A stretch of 64,000 nucleotides of DNA, from positions 86,117 through 150,116 of the forward strand of contig CAZSQN010000001.1 in the NCBI GenBank assembly GCA_964609095.1, written 5' to 3'. This DNA is from an uncultured Gammaproteobacteria bacterium (GTDB lineage: Bacteria > Patescibacteriota > Patescibacteriia > CAZSQN01). The notes beneath the pieces are model-generated. The model made no database searches and was not told the DNA's origin. It saw only the letters and a program-made list of their open reading frames with translations. The number at the start of each line of letters is the position of its first letter. Position 1 is the first letter of the stretch. Below, piece by piece: positions 17,538 to 27,040 of this stretch. A program made the position numbers and the translations under genes.

Positions 17538-17627
17538 AAAAACCGGCCAGTGCGGTCGGGTTCAAATTCTCGGTCCGAACCTTTTACGGTATCGGACCTT
17601 TTTGTTTTCCAAATTAATAGCTAAAAG

Positions 17628-18377
17628 CTAAGAGCCGTATTTAGCTGCCGCTTCCCAGGCCAGTTCAAAAATGGCCCGCACGGTTTGCGCCAACTCCCTG
17701 CTTTCAATCAGCACGCCAACCAATTTGCCTCTGTATGAGAGAAGAGCAACCCTATCGCCATAAGTGGAGACCTCGCCGGAGAAGGGAAATTTGTCTTTTG
17801 GCACGCGCCGGCCCTCCCATTCTTTGGGAATATCGGTTGGAGGAGCGGAACTGGTATAAATAAATCTTTCTTTTGCTTTGCGCTCCAGAAGTTTTTTGCG
17901 GAACGGATCCACGTGCTCTTTATGCAGGACTTTTTGCGCGTCGTCGGCGGAGAAAATGGAAACAACATCAATATCGCTGACTTTGAGCAAATCTCCGTGG
18001 ATTGCTTCCAGTCCTTCGGCTCCCTCGTATAATCTGACCTTTGGCAATTCTGCCGCTCCGGAGAGAGCGCGCAATTCCGGCAAAATATCGTTCAGCCGGT
18101 GTTCCTTATCGTCAATCGCTCTCCTTTGCGAGTGGAAAAGGGCGCGCAGCCGCTCCGGCGCCTCCGCGATAAAATATCTCTTTTTTCCTTTTTCAAATGT
18201 GGAAATCAGCCCCTTTTTTGAAAGAGAGTCAACCATCACATAAGTCGTGGGGCGATTGATTTGCGCGCGTCTGGCAATCTGCTGGACAGAGGCGGGACCA
18301 AGCGCAAGCGAAGCAAGATAAACTCGCGCCTCTTTTGGCGACAGCCCGATTTCAATCAGTTTTTTATCCAATTCCAT
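17628..18377 (-). CDS. TrmB-family transcriptional regulator
   Basis: N-terminal wHTH of TrmB type (LSPKEARVYLASLALGPASVQQIARRAQINRPTTYVMVDSL) plus C-terminal TrmB-like domain. GTG at 18386 is an alternative start. Confidence 0.7.
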   Translation of the reverse strand: MELDKKLIEIGLSPKEARVYLASLALGPASVQQIARRAQINRPTTYVMVDSLSKKGLISTFEKGKKRYFIAEAPERLRALFHSQRRAIDDKEHRLNDILPELRALSGAAELPKVRLYEGAEGLEAIHGDLLKVSDIDVVSIFSADDAQKVLHKEHVDPFRKKLLERKAKERFIYTSSAPPTDIPKEWEGRRVPKDKFPFSGEVSTYGDRVALLSYRGKLVGVLIESRELAQTVRAIFELAWEAAAKYGS

Positions 18378-18540
18378 ACCCCGCACATAATTTGCTTAAC
18401 GCGGCACATAATTTATGTTATGCGCTGTGATAGTTAGACAAACTATATTTTATTATTCTTTTAAGATGTTCTGCCTCGCTTTTGAACTAATAAACGAAAA
18501 CATAAGCAAGTTATGTGCGGGGCATAATAATTACATCTTA

Positions 18541-21500
18541 TCATTTTTTAAGTACGCCGAGCCAGAGCGCTTCTTCGTCCAGTTCCATTTCCTTAAAATG
18601 TTCCGTCTGAATTTTCCCAAGAATTATTTGGGCGGCTTTGGTGTCCGCCTTTAGTTTATCGGAAAAATTTTCAAAAACGGCTAAGATGGCGGGACCGTCG
18701 GTTTCGTAGGCAAGCGCGATTTGGTCTTTGGGAGTCAGGCCGGCGGCTTTGCGCAGGTCGTTGATATGCCTTGATATTTCGCGGACCATTCCCTCCTGCC
18801 GCAGTTCCGGACTGATAACCGTGTCTAAGGCGATACCAAGCCCGTCGGTTTCCGTAAAGATAATTTCTTTTACGTTGATTTCGTTTTTAAGAATTTCCAA
18901 AAGTTCCGTATCCGGTTTTTTCTTTGTTTTTATCTCCAGCTTTGAGAGAATCTGGCGCACGGGAATTTTGGCCGCGGCGCGCTCTTCAAGAGCCATAGAA
19001 GCAAGGCGGCGGATTGTTTCCATTTCTTCAAGCAGAGTATCGTCTATCAGGCGAGCCTCGTAGTTTGGCCAGTCCTCCAAGTGCACGGAGGCCTTGTCGC
19101 GTTCCGTCTTTAGTTCAAGAAAAAGCGATTCGCTTAAAAACGGGACAAACGGCGCCATAATCTTAGAGACGGATATAAGAACCGTTCTTAACGTCGCGGC
19201 GGCTGATTCGTCTCCGGACTTAAATCTCTCCCGGCTTCTTCGCACATACCAGGTTGAAAGATCGGTGATAAAGTCGGATATGGCTCTGCAGGCCTCCGTT
19301 GGCCGATAGTTGTCTAAATCGGCGGTAACATTTTTGATCAGGCGATGAAGCTTGGAGACGATCCATTTGTCCAGCGCGTGAGCTGATTTGGCCTGCCTGG
19401 AGCCGTTTTTGGGCAAATAGGTTTTTCCAAAAATATGGACATTCCACAGAATTATAAATGTTTTTTTCACCATTTCATCCAAAATATTTTCGTCAAAACG
19501 TTTACTCTCCCCGGGATGATTTAGGGAATACATATACCAGCGGACGGCATCGGCGCCGTATTTGTTAATCACTTCCCACGGGTCAACGACATTGCCTTTG
19601 GATTTGGACATTTTTTGTCCAGCCGCATCCAGCACGTGTCCTAAAGAGACCACATTTTTATATGGCTTGCCCGTCTCCAGGGCGGTGGCGACGGCGAGAA
19701 GCGTGTAAAACCAGCCGCGGGTCTGGTCAATGGCCTCGGCAATGTAGTCGGCTGGAAATGATTCGCCTTTGTCTATTTTATTTTTGTTTTCAAACGGATA
19801 ATGCCATTGCGCAAAGGGCATGGCGCCGGAGTCAAACCAGACATCGGCCACCTCCGCCACCCGCGTCATAACTTTGCCGCACTTTTCACAATCAAGAACG
19901 ATAGAGTCAATGTAAGGGCGGTGCAAGTCAGCCAGGCCGTCGGCATTTCTTGGCAGGGTTTTGAGCTTAAGCGAGCGGACTTCGCCTGTTTTAATATAAT
20001 CGCCGGCGTAAAATCTCTGGACGATTTCGCGGTCTCCATAGCCGCGCAGCGCGCCTTCCAGAACCCAGAAGGGGTCGCCGTGTCCGACAAGCAGAATTTT
20101 TTTATCCCCGTATTTTTCTTCAAGTTCGTGGATAAGCCCCATATGGCGGCGTAGCACGTCGGCCAATGTCTCTCCTCCCTGCGGCGCACGGCTCCACCGC
20201 TCAAATTCTCCAAGCGGGAATTTGGACTTGAATTCGGCCACCGGCAGGCCGTCGTCTTCGCCAAATTCCATTTCGCGCAGGCGATGGTCGTAATTGATAT
20301 GGATGTTTAATTCGCGGGAAACAATCTCCGCCGTTTCTTTGGCGCGGGGGAAATCAGAAGCGATGATGAGGTCAATTTTTTCTTTTTTTAATTTTTTGGC
20401 CGCGGCTCCGGCTTCGGCCCGGCCCTGCTCAGTTAAATGGAAATCGCCGTGAATGTTAGAAGAGGCGATGTCGGCGACATTGGTATCCGCTTGGCCGTGG
20501 CGAAGGAAATAATAAGTGTTGCCCGAAGCCGTCTCCGGGAATTCTTCCAATCCGCCGATAACCTTTTTGTTGCCGCAGGAGCAGGTCCAAATGGGTAGCG
20601 GCGTGCCCCAGTAGCGTTCGCGGGAAAATGCCCAATCCTTAACTCCGCGGAGCCATTCGCCAAATCGCCCCTCCTTTATATATTCCGGAACCCAGTTTAT
20701 TTCGCTGTTGGCTTTAATCAGCTTGTCTTGAAGCTCGGACATCTTGATAAACCAGCTTAGGCGGGCGAAATAAAGGAGAGGCGTGTTGCATCTCCAGCAA
20801 AAAGGATATTCATGCTTGATTTCGCCGGATTTATACAAGAGCCCGCGATTTTGCAACTCGTTAATAATTTCCGGGTCGGCTGTTTTTACGAATTTTCCGG
20901 CCCAGGGACTGACTTCCTTGATAAATTTTCCTTCTTCGTCAACGGTTATGATTATTGGAAGTTTGTTTGCTTTGGCCGCAATCAAATCGTCCTCGCCAAA
21001 AGCCGGAGCGATATGCACCATGCCCGTGCCGTCCTCGGTAGAAACAAAATCAGCCGCAATAACGCGATGCGCCTTCTCAATTGGTTTAACGAAAGAATAA
21101 AGCGGCTCGTATTCCATGCCCGCAAGTTCGCGGCCCTTTTTAATCTCCATAATGTCATATTCTCCTTCCAGGACTTCCAGCCGGGATTTGGCCAAAATCA
21201 TAATTTCTTTTTCTGTTTTTACTTTGACATAATCAATATCTTCGCCAACCGCCAGAGCCACGTTCGCGGGCAGCGTCCATGGGGTTGTTGTCCAGACGAG
21301 GAAGAAGGCGGGCAGTTTGTCTTTGCCCTTAATTTTGAACCTTATATATATGGAAGGGTCTGATGTTTCTTTATATCCCTGCGCCACCTCATGCGAGGAA
21401 AGGGCGGTGCCGCAGCGGGCGCAATAAGGCACGATTTTAAAGTCCTGAAACAAAAGCTTCTTTTTCCATACTTCCTTGATAATCCACCACAAGGATTCAA

Positions 21501-21969
21501 TGTAAGGGGTTTCGTAAGTGATATAAGGATGGTCTAAATCAACCCAAAAGCCGACGCGCTTGGTCAGGCGCACCCATTCGTCAAGGTATTTCCAGACGGA
21601 TTCTTTGCACTTTTGGTTAAAGTAGGCGATGGATTCTTCGGGCGAGTCCTTAAGCTCTTCTATCTGCGGTTTGCCGGAAATGCCCAATTCTTTTTCCACT
21701 TGGAGCTCTACCGGCAGCCCATGCGTGTCCCAGCCGGCTTTGCGCTCTACCCTATAGCCAGCCATGGTCTTGTAGCGGGGGATTAAATCTTTAAAAGCGC
21801 GCGCTTCCACATGGTGGATGCCGGGCCTGCCGTTGGCGGTCGGAGGGCCTTCAAAAAACACAAAATTGCCCTTGGGCGCCTCTTTGGCCAAAGTTTGTTC
21901 AAAGATTTTTTCCTTTTCCCAGTATTCAAGCATTTCTTCTTCTTTTTTAGGAAATATTGATTTATTCAT
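18541..21969 (-). CDS. ileS: isoleucyl-tRNA synthetase with inserted histidine-phosphatase (PGAM-like) domain
   Basis: Class I motifs (PPTANGRPGIHHV; KMSKSKGN). CP1/editing and anticodon-binding regions are typical IleRS. About 200 aa (YYFLRHGQADTN ... LLVGHGDPFWVL) are inserted between the WTCSCG and DLHRPYID zinc-knuckle segments. Start ATG 21969 (MNKSIF); upstream in-frame TTG-initiated extension is unlikely. Confidence 0.85.
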   Translation of the reverse strand: MNKSIFPKKEEEMLEYWEKEKIFEQTLAKEAPKGNFVFFEGPPTANGRPGIHHVEARAFKDLIPRYKTMAGYRVERKAGWDTHGLPVELQVEKELGISGKPQIEELKDSPEESIAYFNQKCKESVWKYLDEWVRLTKRVGFWVDLDHPYITYETPYIESLWWIIKEVWKKKLLFQDFKIVPYCARCGTALSSHEVAQGYKETSDPSIYIRFKIKGKDKLPAFFLVWTTTPWTLPANVALAVGEDIDYVKVKTEKEIMILAKSRLEVLEGEYDIMEIKKGRELAGMEYEPLYSFVKPIEKAHRVIAADFVSTEDGTGMVHIAPAFGEDDLIAAKANKLPIIITVDEEGKFIKEVSPWAGKFVKTADPEIINELQNRGLLYKSGEIKHEYPFCWRCNTPLLYFARLSWFIKMSELQDKLIKANSEINWVPEYIKEGRFGEWLRGVKDWAFSRERYWGTPLPIWTCSCGNKKVIGGLEEFPETASGNTYYFLRHGQADTNVADIASSNIHGDFHLTEQGRAEAGAAAKKLKKEKIDLIIASDFPRAKETAEIVSRELNIHINYDHRLREMEFGEDDGLPVAEFKSKFPLGEFERWSRAPQGGETLADVLRRHMGLIHELEEKYGDKKILLVGHGDPFWVLEGALRGYGDREIVQRFYAGDYIKTGEVRSLKLKTLPRNADGLADLHRPYIDSIVLDCEKCGKVMTRVAEVADVWFDSGAMPFAQWHYPFENKNKIDKGESFPADYIAEAIDQTRGWFYTLLAVATALETGKPYKNVVSLGHVLDAAGQKMSKSKGNVVDPWEVINKYGADAVRWYMYSLNHPGESKRFDENILDEMVKKTFIILWNVHIFGKTYLPKNGSRQAKSAHALDKWIVSKLHRLIKNVTADLDNYRPTEACRAISDFITDLSTWYVRRSRERFKSGDESAAATLRTVLISVSKIMAPFVPFLSESLFLELKTERDKASVHLEDWPNYEARLIDDTLLEEMETIRRLASMALEERAAAKIPVRQILSKLEIKTKKKPDTELLEILKNEINVKEIIFTETDGLGIALDTVISPELRQEGMVREISRHINDLRKAAGLTPKDQIALAYETDGPAILAVFENFSDKLKADTKAAQIILGKIQTEHFKEMELDEEALWLGVLKK

Positions 21970-22077
21970 AACACAGATACGAATAACATCCGAATGAGAT
22001 ACGAATGACGCGAATATTCGGATTATTTGGATGCATTCGTATATAATTCGTATTTCTGTTGTATTGTCGCAAAAATA

Positions 22078-22106
22078 TTGACAAAAAGCAAGATTTGTGA
22101 TATTCT
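22078..22106 (+). promoter_or_regulatory. sigma70-like promoter plus conserved leader, copy B
   Basis: TTGACAAAAAGCAAGATTTGTGATA identical to copy A. Leader is conserved up to the SD. Confidence 0.55.
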
Positions 22107-22167
22107 GACTTATTCGTTCCTTAACCTCAAAACAGGGAAAATCAAACAAATAAGGAGGGTAAGAAAG

Positions 22168-22623
22168 ATGGCGCTAAAAGATTCCCCCGGGATCAGCCTC
22201 CCATTGTGGTTTTTCACATTTAGTAGGGCTGGAAATTCAGAGGACACAGAACATGCACGGCTTTTTGCAAATGGTTTTTGCTTTTGGTCCAACACAAACG
22301 ATACCCCGGAGGACATTGAACGATGCAAAACAATGGCCAAGGAAGAGGAAGCAGTGATATACGTTGTTAGTGTCGAATTTGCATCTGTCCTTAAAGAGCT
22401 TGAGCATAGGGTTTCTGAAGAGGCGAGACTGACAAGAAATCTTTTTTTGTACACCAAAGCTTGGAAAGAAAATCAGGCTAAATGGTGTGAAATTAAACAA
22501 CGAATCAAGATTGTTGCGCAAGATGTCGAAGTATGTGTATGCCAAACTGCTTATTCTCGTGGCCCAATGGGTTCCCTGTTGGAGGGATGGGTTTCTATCT
22601 GGGTAAAGGGGCTTTGCCCATAA
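22168..22623 (+). CDS. hypothetical protein (151 aa), foreign codon usage
   Basis: SD AAGGAGGG 7 nt upstream. Cys/Trp-rich. Followed by terminator 22661-22690. No recognised domain. Confidence 0.55.
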   Translation: MALKDSPGISLPLWFFTFSRAGNSEDTEHARLFANGFCFWSNTNDTPEDIERCKTMAKEEEAVIYVVSVEFASVLKELEHRVSEEARLTRNLFLYTKAWKENQAKWCEIKQRIKIVAQDVEVCVCQTAYSRGPMGSLLEGWVSIWVKGLCP

Positions 22624-22660
22624 AGAAGATGTTGTTTACTTTTTTGATTTGATTTCATTA

Positions 22661-22690
22661 TCCCCCGAGGCATATGCCGAGGGGGTTTTG
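22661..22690 (+). terminator. rho-independent terminator
   Basis: cccccgagg-catatg-ccgaggggg + TTTTG. Confidence 0.7.
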
Positions 22691-22819
22691 TAAATCAGGA
22701 AATATTTTATATACTATTAATCGGGCTTTTACAATCGGTTTTATTTTGAAAAGTTAGGAACACCAGTTACTGTTGTTAGGATTTTCTTTTTGTTAATTTT
22801 TCCTTTACAATGTTCATAT

Positions 22820-23266
22820 ATGAATATCTATCTTGGTTCGGACCATGCCGGATATAAATTAAAAGAAAAAGTTAAAGCCTATCTTCTTAAGCGCGGGTTT
22901 GGGGTAAAAGATTTTGGCGCCGATTCGGAGGCGCCGGTTGATTATCCGGATTTCATAATTCCGGCGGCCAAAGCCGCGGCTAAAAATAAGAAGGCCAGAG
23001 CGATTGTTTTCGGCGGTACCGGTTTGGGAGAGTGCGTGGCGGCAAATAAAGTCCGCGGGGCGCGGGCAACAAGTTGTTACGATGCTTATACCGCCAAGAT
23101 GAGCCGCGAGCATAATGACGCCAATGTGCTGTGCTTAGGCGGACGAACCGCAACCAAGAATTGGAATTTAGCCAAAAAGATTTTGGACATCTGGCTTAAG
23201 ACAAAATTTTCTGGCGAAGCAAGGCACGTGAGGAGATTAAAGAAGATTGCTAAAGCAGAAGATTAA
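22820..23266 (+). CDS. rpiB: ribose-5-phosphate isomerase B
   Basis: RpiB/LacAB signature (IYLGSDHAGYKLKE...GGTGLGECVAANKVRGARA...LCLGGR). Confidence 0.85.
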   Translation: MNIYLGSDHAGYKLKEKVKAYLLKRGFGVKDFGADSEAPVDYPDFIIPAAKAAAKNKKARAIVFGGTGLGECVAANKVRGARATSCYDAYTAKMSREHNDANVLCLGGRTATKNWNLAKKILDIWLKTKFSGEARHVRRLKKIAKAED

Positions 23267-23343
23267 AGGGTAAAGGGGACAGGGTATAGGGTATAGTTTT
23301 TAAAAACTATTTTCTAAACCCTAAACCCTAAACCCTAAACCCT

Positions 23344-23976
23344 ATGGTAAAGGTAATCCCTGCAATTCTGGCAAAGACAAAAGAGGAGTTTGAAAGCAAG
23401 GTTAAGACCGCGGCTGATTTTGCGAGCGAAATCCAGCTGGATATAATGGACGGGAAATTCGTGTCCAATATCACCTGGGGCGCGCCTGAAGAAATAAAAA
23501 AAATGAACCTGCCGCCATTTGAAGCGCATTTAATGATCCAAAATCCGGAGCGGGAAGTTAGCAAATGGGCAGAAGCCGGAGCTAAACGAATCATTGCCCA
23601 TATTGAAGCCATAACCGACCTTCCATTATATATAGAAGCGGTGAAAAAAGCGGGATGCGGGGCCGGAGTGGCCATAAACCCGGAAACATCGGTTGAAGCC
23701 GTCTCTGATTTTCTTTCCAATCTTGACGCCGTGTTGGTGATGGGCGTGAACCCCGGCTTTAGCGGGCAGGAATTTAATCCAACGGCGTTAATAAAAGTTG
23801 CGGAATTAAGAAAATTGAATCAGAATATATCTATAGAAGTTGATGGGGGCGTTTCTTTTGTCAACGCAAAAGAATTGGCCGAAGCCGGGGCTGATGGATT
23901 AGTTGTTGCCAACGCTATTTTTAAATCCGATACGCCAAAAGCGGCTTATGAAAAGCTTTTAACCGCGATTAAATAA
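23344..23976 (+). CDS. rpe: ribulose-phosphate 3-epimerase
   Basis: RPE motifs (IPAILAKT, QLDIMDGKFV, AHLMI, VMGVNPGFSGQ). Confidence 0.8.
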   Translation: MVKVIPAILAKTKEEFESKVKTAADFASEIQLDIMDGKFVSNITWGAPEEIKKMNLPPFEAHLMIQNPEREVSKWAEAGAKRIIAHIEAITDLPLYIEAVKKAGCGAGVAINPETSVEAVSDFLSNLDAVLVMGVNPGFSGQEFNPTALIKVAELRKLNQNISIEVDGGVSFVNAKELAEAGADGLVVANAIFKSDTPKAAYEKLLTAIK

Positions 23977-24017
23977 ATATAAATACTAATTTAGATAATT
24001 CGTATTTCGTAAAGCGT

Positions 24018-24236
24018 ATGAAAAACGTAAATTATAATTTAATAAAAATGCTTCACGCGGCCTTGGACGACGCCTGGCGCGTGGAAAAGCACTATCTTCG
24101 CGATGCGCGCGGCGCAAAGTGCAAGGAATGCGAAGCGCTGATGAAGAAACTTTGGAAAAACGCGCAGGAAGCAGCAGGTAATTTGCAAAAGGAGATGAGC
24201 AGGCACATGAAGGCAAGCAAAGGCAAGCTGCGGTAG
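24018..24236 (+). CDS. hypothetical small protein (72 aa)
   Basis: ORF followed by hairpin terminator gagggcattaagccctt + T-run (24254-24282). No domain recognised. Confidence 0.4.
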   Translation: MKNVNYNLIKMLHAALDDAWRVEKHYLRDARGAKCKECEALMKKLWKNAQEAAGNLQKEMSRHMKASKGKLR

Positions 24237-24322
24237 GATTGACAAATTAAAAATGAGGGCATTAAGCCCTTGTTTTTATTTTGGTATAATTCTTAACAGC
24301 TAACAGCTAACAGCTAACAGCG

Positions 24323-25183
24323 ATGCCTCACATCCATGACAAAAAAGTAAAAGAATTGGAAGACAAAGCGAACAGGGTTCGCCAGCTTATTATTGAAAGC
24401 TTGGTGGAAGCCAAGAGCGGGCATTCTGCCGGACCTTTAGGCATGGCCGATATTTTTGCCGCGTTTTATTTTCATCTTCTCCATCACAAGCCAAAGAATC
24501 CCAATTGGGCGGACCGCGACCGGCTGATACTTTCTAACGGCCATATTTGTCCAGTGCGTTACGCAACTATGGCTTTGGCCGGATATTTTCCCATAAAAGA
24601 GCTAAAGACGCTGCGCAAATTCGGTACTCGCCTTCAGGGGCATCCGGAGCGTCTGCGCCTGCCGGGAGTAGAAACAACTTCCGGCCCTTTGGGCTCCGGG
24701 CTTGGACAAGCGGCCGGCCTTGCTTATGCCAGCCGGATGGATGGCAAAAAATGGCGGACATACTGCCTGATGAGCGACGCCGAACAAGCGGCCGGCGTGC
24801 ACTATGAAGCAATGCTTTTTGCCGGACGAAACAAATTATCAAATCTTACCGGCGTAATTGACAGGAACAATATCCAGATTGACGGCGTGACCGAAGATAT
24901 TATGCCCTTGGAGCCGCTGCGCGCCAAATATGAGGCCTGCAATTGGGCCGTGTTGGAAGTCGGCGGGCATAACATTGAACAGTTTGTGGACGCGGTTGAG
25001 GAGGCAAAATCCATTTATGAAAAACCGACGGTGATAATAGCGCACACCATTCCCGGACGAGGCGTTTCCTTTATGGAAAAAAAGTACGAATGGCACGGCA
25101 TTCCGCCCAAACCGGAAGAAGCGGAAATCGCGTTAAAAGAATTAAGAACATTGGGAGGAAAAATAAAAAGCGAACACGAATAA
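24323..25183 (+). CDS. transketolase, N-terminal (thiamine-diphosphate-binding) subunit
   Basis: Split-transketolase N-terminal subunit motifs (GHSAGPLGMADI, LSNGHICPVRYA, GSGLGQAAGLAYA). Confidence 0.85.
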   Translation: MPHIHDKKVKELEDKANRVRQLIIESLVEAKSGHSAGPLGMADIFAAFYFHLLHHKPKNPNWADRDRLILSNGHICPVRYATMALAGYFPIKELKTLRKFGTRLQGHPERLRLPGVETTSGPLGSGLGQAAGLAYASRMDGKKWRTYCLMSDAEQAAGVHYEAMLFAGRNKLSNLTGVIDRNNIQIDGVTEDIMPLEPLRAKYEACNWAVLEVGGHNIEQFVDAVEEAKSIYEKPTVIIAHTIPGRGVSFMEKKYEWHGIPPKPEEAEIALKELRTLGGKIKSEHE

Positions 25184-25191
25184 GCAGAGCT

Positions 25192-25902
25192 ATGCCGGTA
25201 TCAAAGTTTAGAATCTTAAGGTATTTGCTGATAATTGCCGCCTCCATGGCTGCGGCGCTTCTTTTTCCCGTTTTGGAAGAAACGGAATCCAATCCCGATC
25301 CGGCGCTTTGGATTCTGGCTATTTTAATCGCCTTTTTAATTGACAGAGCCATGGAGAGAAAAAGGGCTTTGATGGCCAGCGTGGAAATAGAGCTCTCACG
25401 GATGCGGCGTTTAAGCCATCTTGTTCATGGCCTGGGCGCTTCCCAATGGCGTGAAAAGTTAGAATCCTCCATTTCTTTTTATCATAAAAAAGTCGCGGCA
25501 GATTTTTTTGATTACAAAAACGCGTTAACTGATTTTAGGAAAATAACTCATTTAATTTATAAATTTGAACCGCAAAACGGCCGCGAGGAAATATTGTGGG
25601 AGGAGCTGCTGCAAACCACCCGCGATTTGGCGCTGGAGCGGCAGAATATAAAAGAACATCTTGCAAGGCGGCTTTCATGGTACAGCTGGCTTATCGTGGC
25701 AACCATTGCTTTTTTTGTCGCAATTTTGCTTCTTCTTGGCAGAAGCGATATTTTGGCGTCTCGTTTGACTGCCGGATTGGGCATAGGCAGTTTGCTTTTG
25801 GCTTTGGATCTGCTTGCCTTGGTTAATAAAACATCAAAGATAGAACTTCTGGAGCTTCAGAAGATGTATGAAGACAATCTTTCGTCAATGGAGAGAAAAT
25901 AA
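25192..25902 (+). CDS. hypothetical membrane protein
   Basis: 236 aa with 3-4 predicted TM helices. Start at MPVSKF; the ORF's upstream extension overlaps the tkt N-subunit gene. Confidence 0.5.
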   Translation: MPVSKFRILRYLLIIAASMAAALLFPVLEETESNPDPALWILAILIAFLIDRAMERKRALMASVEIELSRMRRLSHLVHGLGASQWREKLESSISFYHKKVAADFFDYKNALTDFRKITHLIYKFEPQNGREEILWEELLQTTRDLALERQNIKEHLARRLSWYSWLIVATIAFFVAILLLLGRSDILASRLTAGLGIGSLLLALDLLALVNKTSKIELLELQKMYEDNLSSMERK

Positions 25903-26010
25903 ATTTTGAGCAATATGCCCCGTGCCACCATATTATATGGAAAATAGGCAGCACGGAGTAACCGGAGTAAATTATCAATATAATAAAATCTTAATTATTT
26001 AATAAAAATT

Positions 26011-27039
26011 GTGGCATGGGGTATGACAGGCATCAATCCAAAAATGAAACTTGTTTCCAACTGGAATGATTTATCCAAATTGGAGCAGAAGCCGACGCGC
26101 GACGGCTATGGCGAAGGCGTGGTTATTGCCGGAGAAGCTGACAAAAATATTGTCGTGCTCTGCTGCGACCTCACGGAATCAACCCGCTCGCTCGCTTTTA
26201 AGAAAAAATTTCCGGAACGGTTTATTCAGTTGGGTGTCTCCGAACAATCAATGGTGGTGATTGCCGGCGGTTTGGCTTTGGCCGGCAAAGTGCCGTGGAT
26301 TTCTTCTTACACTATGTTCTGCCCGGGCCGCGCTTGGGAGCAGGTGCGCACCAATCTCGCCTTGAATGAGGTCAATGTTAAAATCGCCGGCGCGCACTCC
26401 GGTGTTTCTGTCGGGCCGGATGGCGCCACGCATCAGGCAATAGAAGATATTGCCATTATGCGTTGCATTCCAAAGATGACCGTGGTGGCTCCTTGCGATA
26501 TGATAGAAACGCGAAAAGCCGTTGTCGCCCTCTCTAAGGCGATTGGTCCGGCGCATATCCGTTTTGCGCGGGAGAAGACGCCGGTATTTACGAGCGAAGA
26601 AACGCCATTTATTCTTGGCAAAGCAGAAATTTTCCGCGACCCTTCGATAAACTCAGGGCGAGCGGCAGATGTGGCTATAATTGCTTGCGGGCCGCTCGTA
26701 CATAACGCGCTGCTGGCGGCGGAAGAATTATCCAAAAAGAAAATCCAGTGTATGGTGGTGAATAACCACACCATCAAGCCGATGGATGAGAAAACGATTA
26801 TTTCTGTTGCCAAGCGTTGCGGCGCGGTAGTTACGGTGGAAGAGCATCAGATAATGGGCGGCTTGGGAGGAGCCGTGGCGGAAGTATTGGCGAAAAATTA
26901 TCCCGTGCCAATGGAATTTGTCGGCGTGCAAGACAGATTTGGCGAATCAGGCAACCCCAATGAATTGATTGAGTATTTCGGCATGGGAGTTAGCTCCATA
27001 GTTGAAGCGGTAAAAAAAGTATTAAAACGGAAAAAATAA
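26011..27039 (+). CDS. transketolase, C-terminal (pyrimidine-binding) subunit
   Basis: Transketolase pyrimidine-binding and C-terminal domains (GVSEQSMVVIAGGLALAGKVPW, GPDGATHQAIEDIAIMR). Confidence 0.85.
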   Translation: MAWGMTGINPKMKLVSNWNDLSKLEQKPTRDGYGEGVVIAGEADKNIVVLCCDLTESTRSLAFKKKFPERFIQLGVSEQSMVVIAGGLALAGKVPWISSYTMFCPGRAWEQVRTNLALNEVNVKIAGAHSGVSVGPDGATHQAIEDIAIMRCIPKMTVVAPCDMIETRKAVVALSKAIGPAHIRFAREKTPVFTSEETPFILGKAEIFRDPSINSGRAADVAIIACGPLVHNALLAAEELSKKKIQCMVVNNHTIKPMDEKTIISVAKRCGAVVTVEEHQIMGGLGGAVAEVLAKNYPVPMEFVGVQDRFGESGNPNELIEYFGMGVSSIVEAVKKVLKRKK

Positions 27040-27040
27040 T

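Noticed and set aside
18415-18654. 79-aa plus-strand ORF in the ileS 3' region
   Set aside because: Overlaps the ileS stop region and inverted-repeat operator/terminator, is AT-rich with no SD; likely noncoding.
23309-23345. CCCTAAA x4-5 arrays (also 28930-28967) resemble plant-type telomere repeats
   Set aside because: They are short (about 30 bp) and internal. They are paired with complementary AGGGTAT blocks forming hairpins, and belong to the broader heptamer-array family. Telomeres are not plausible in this context.
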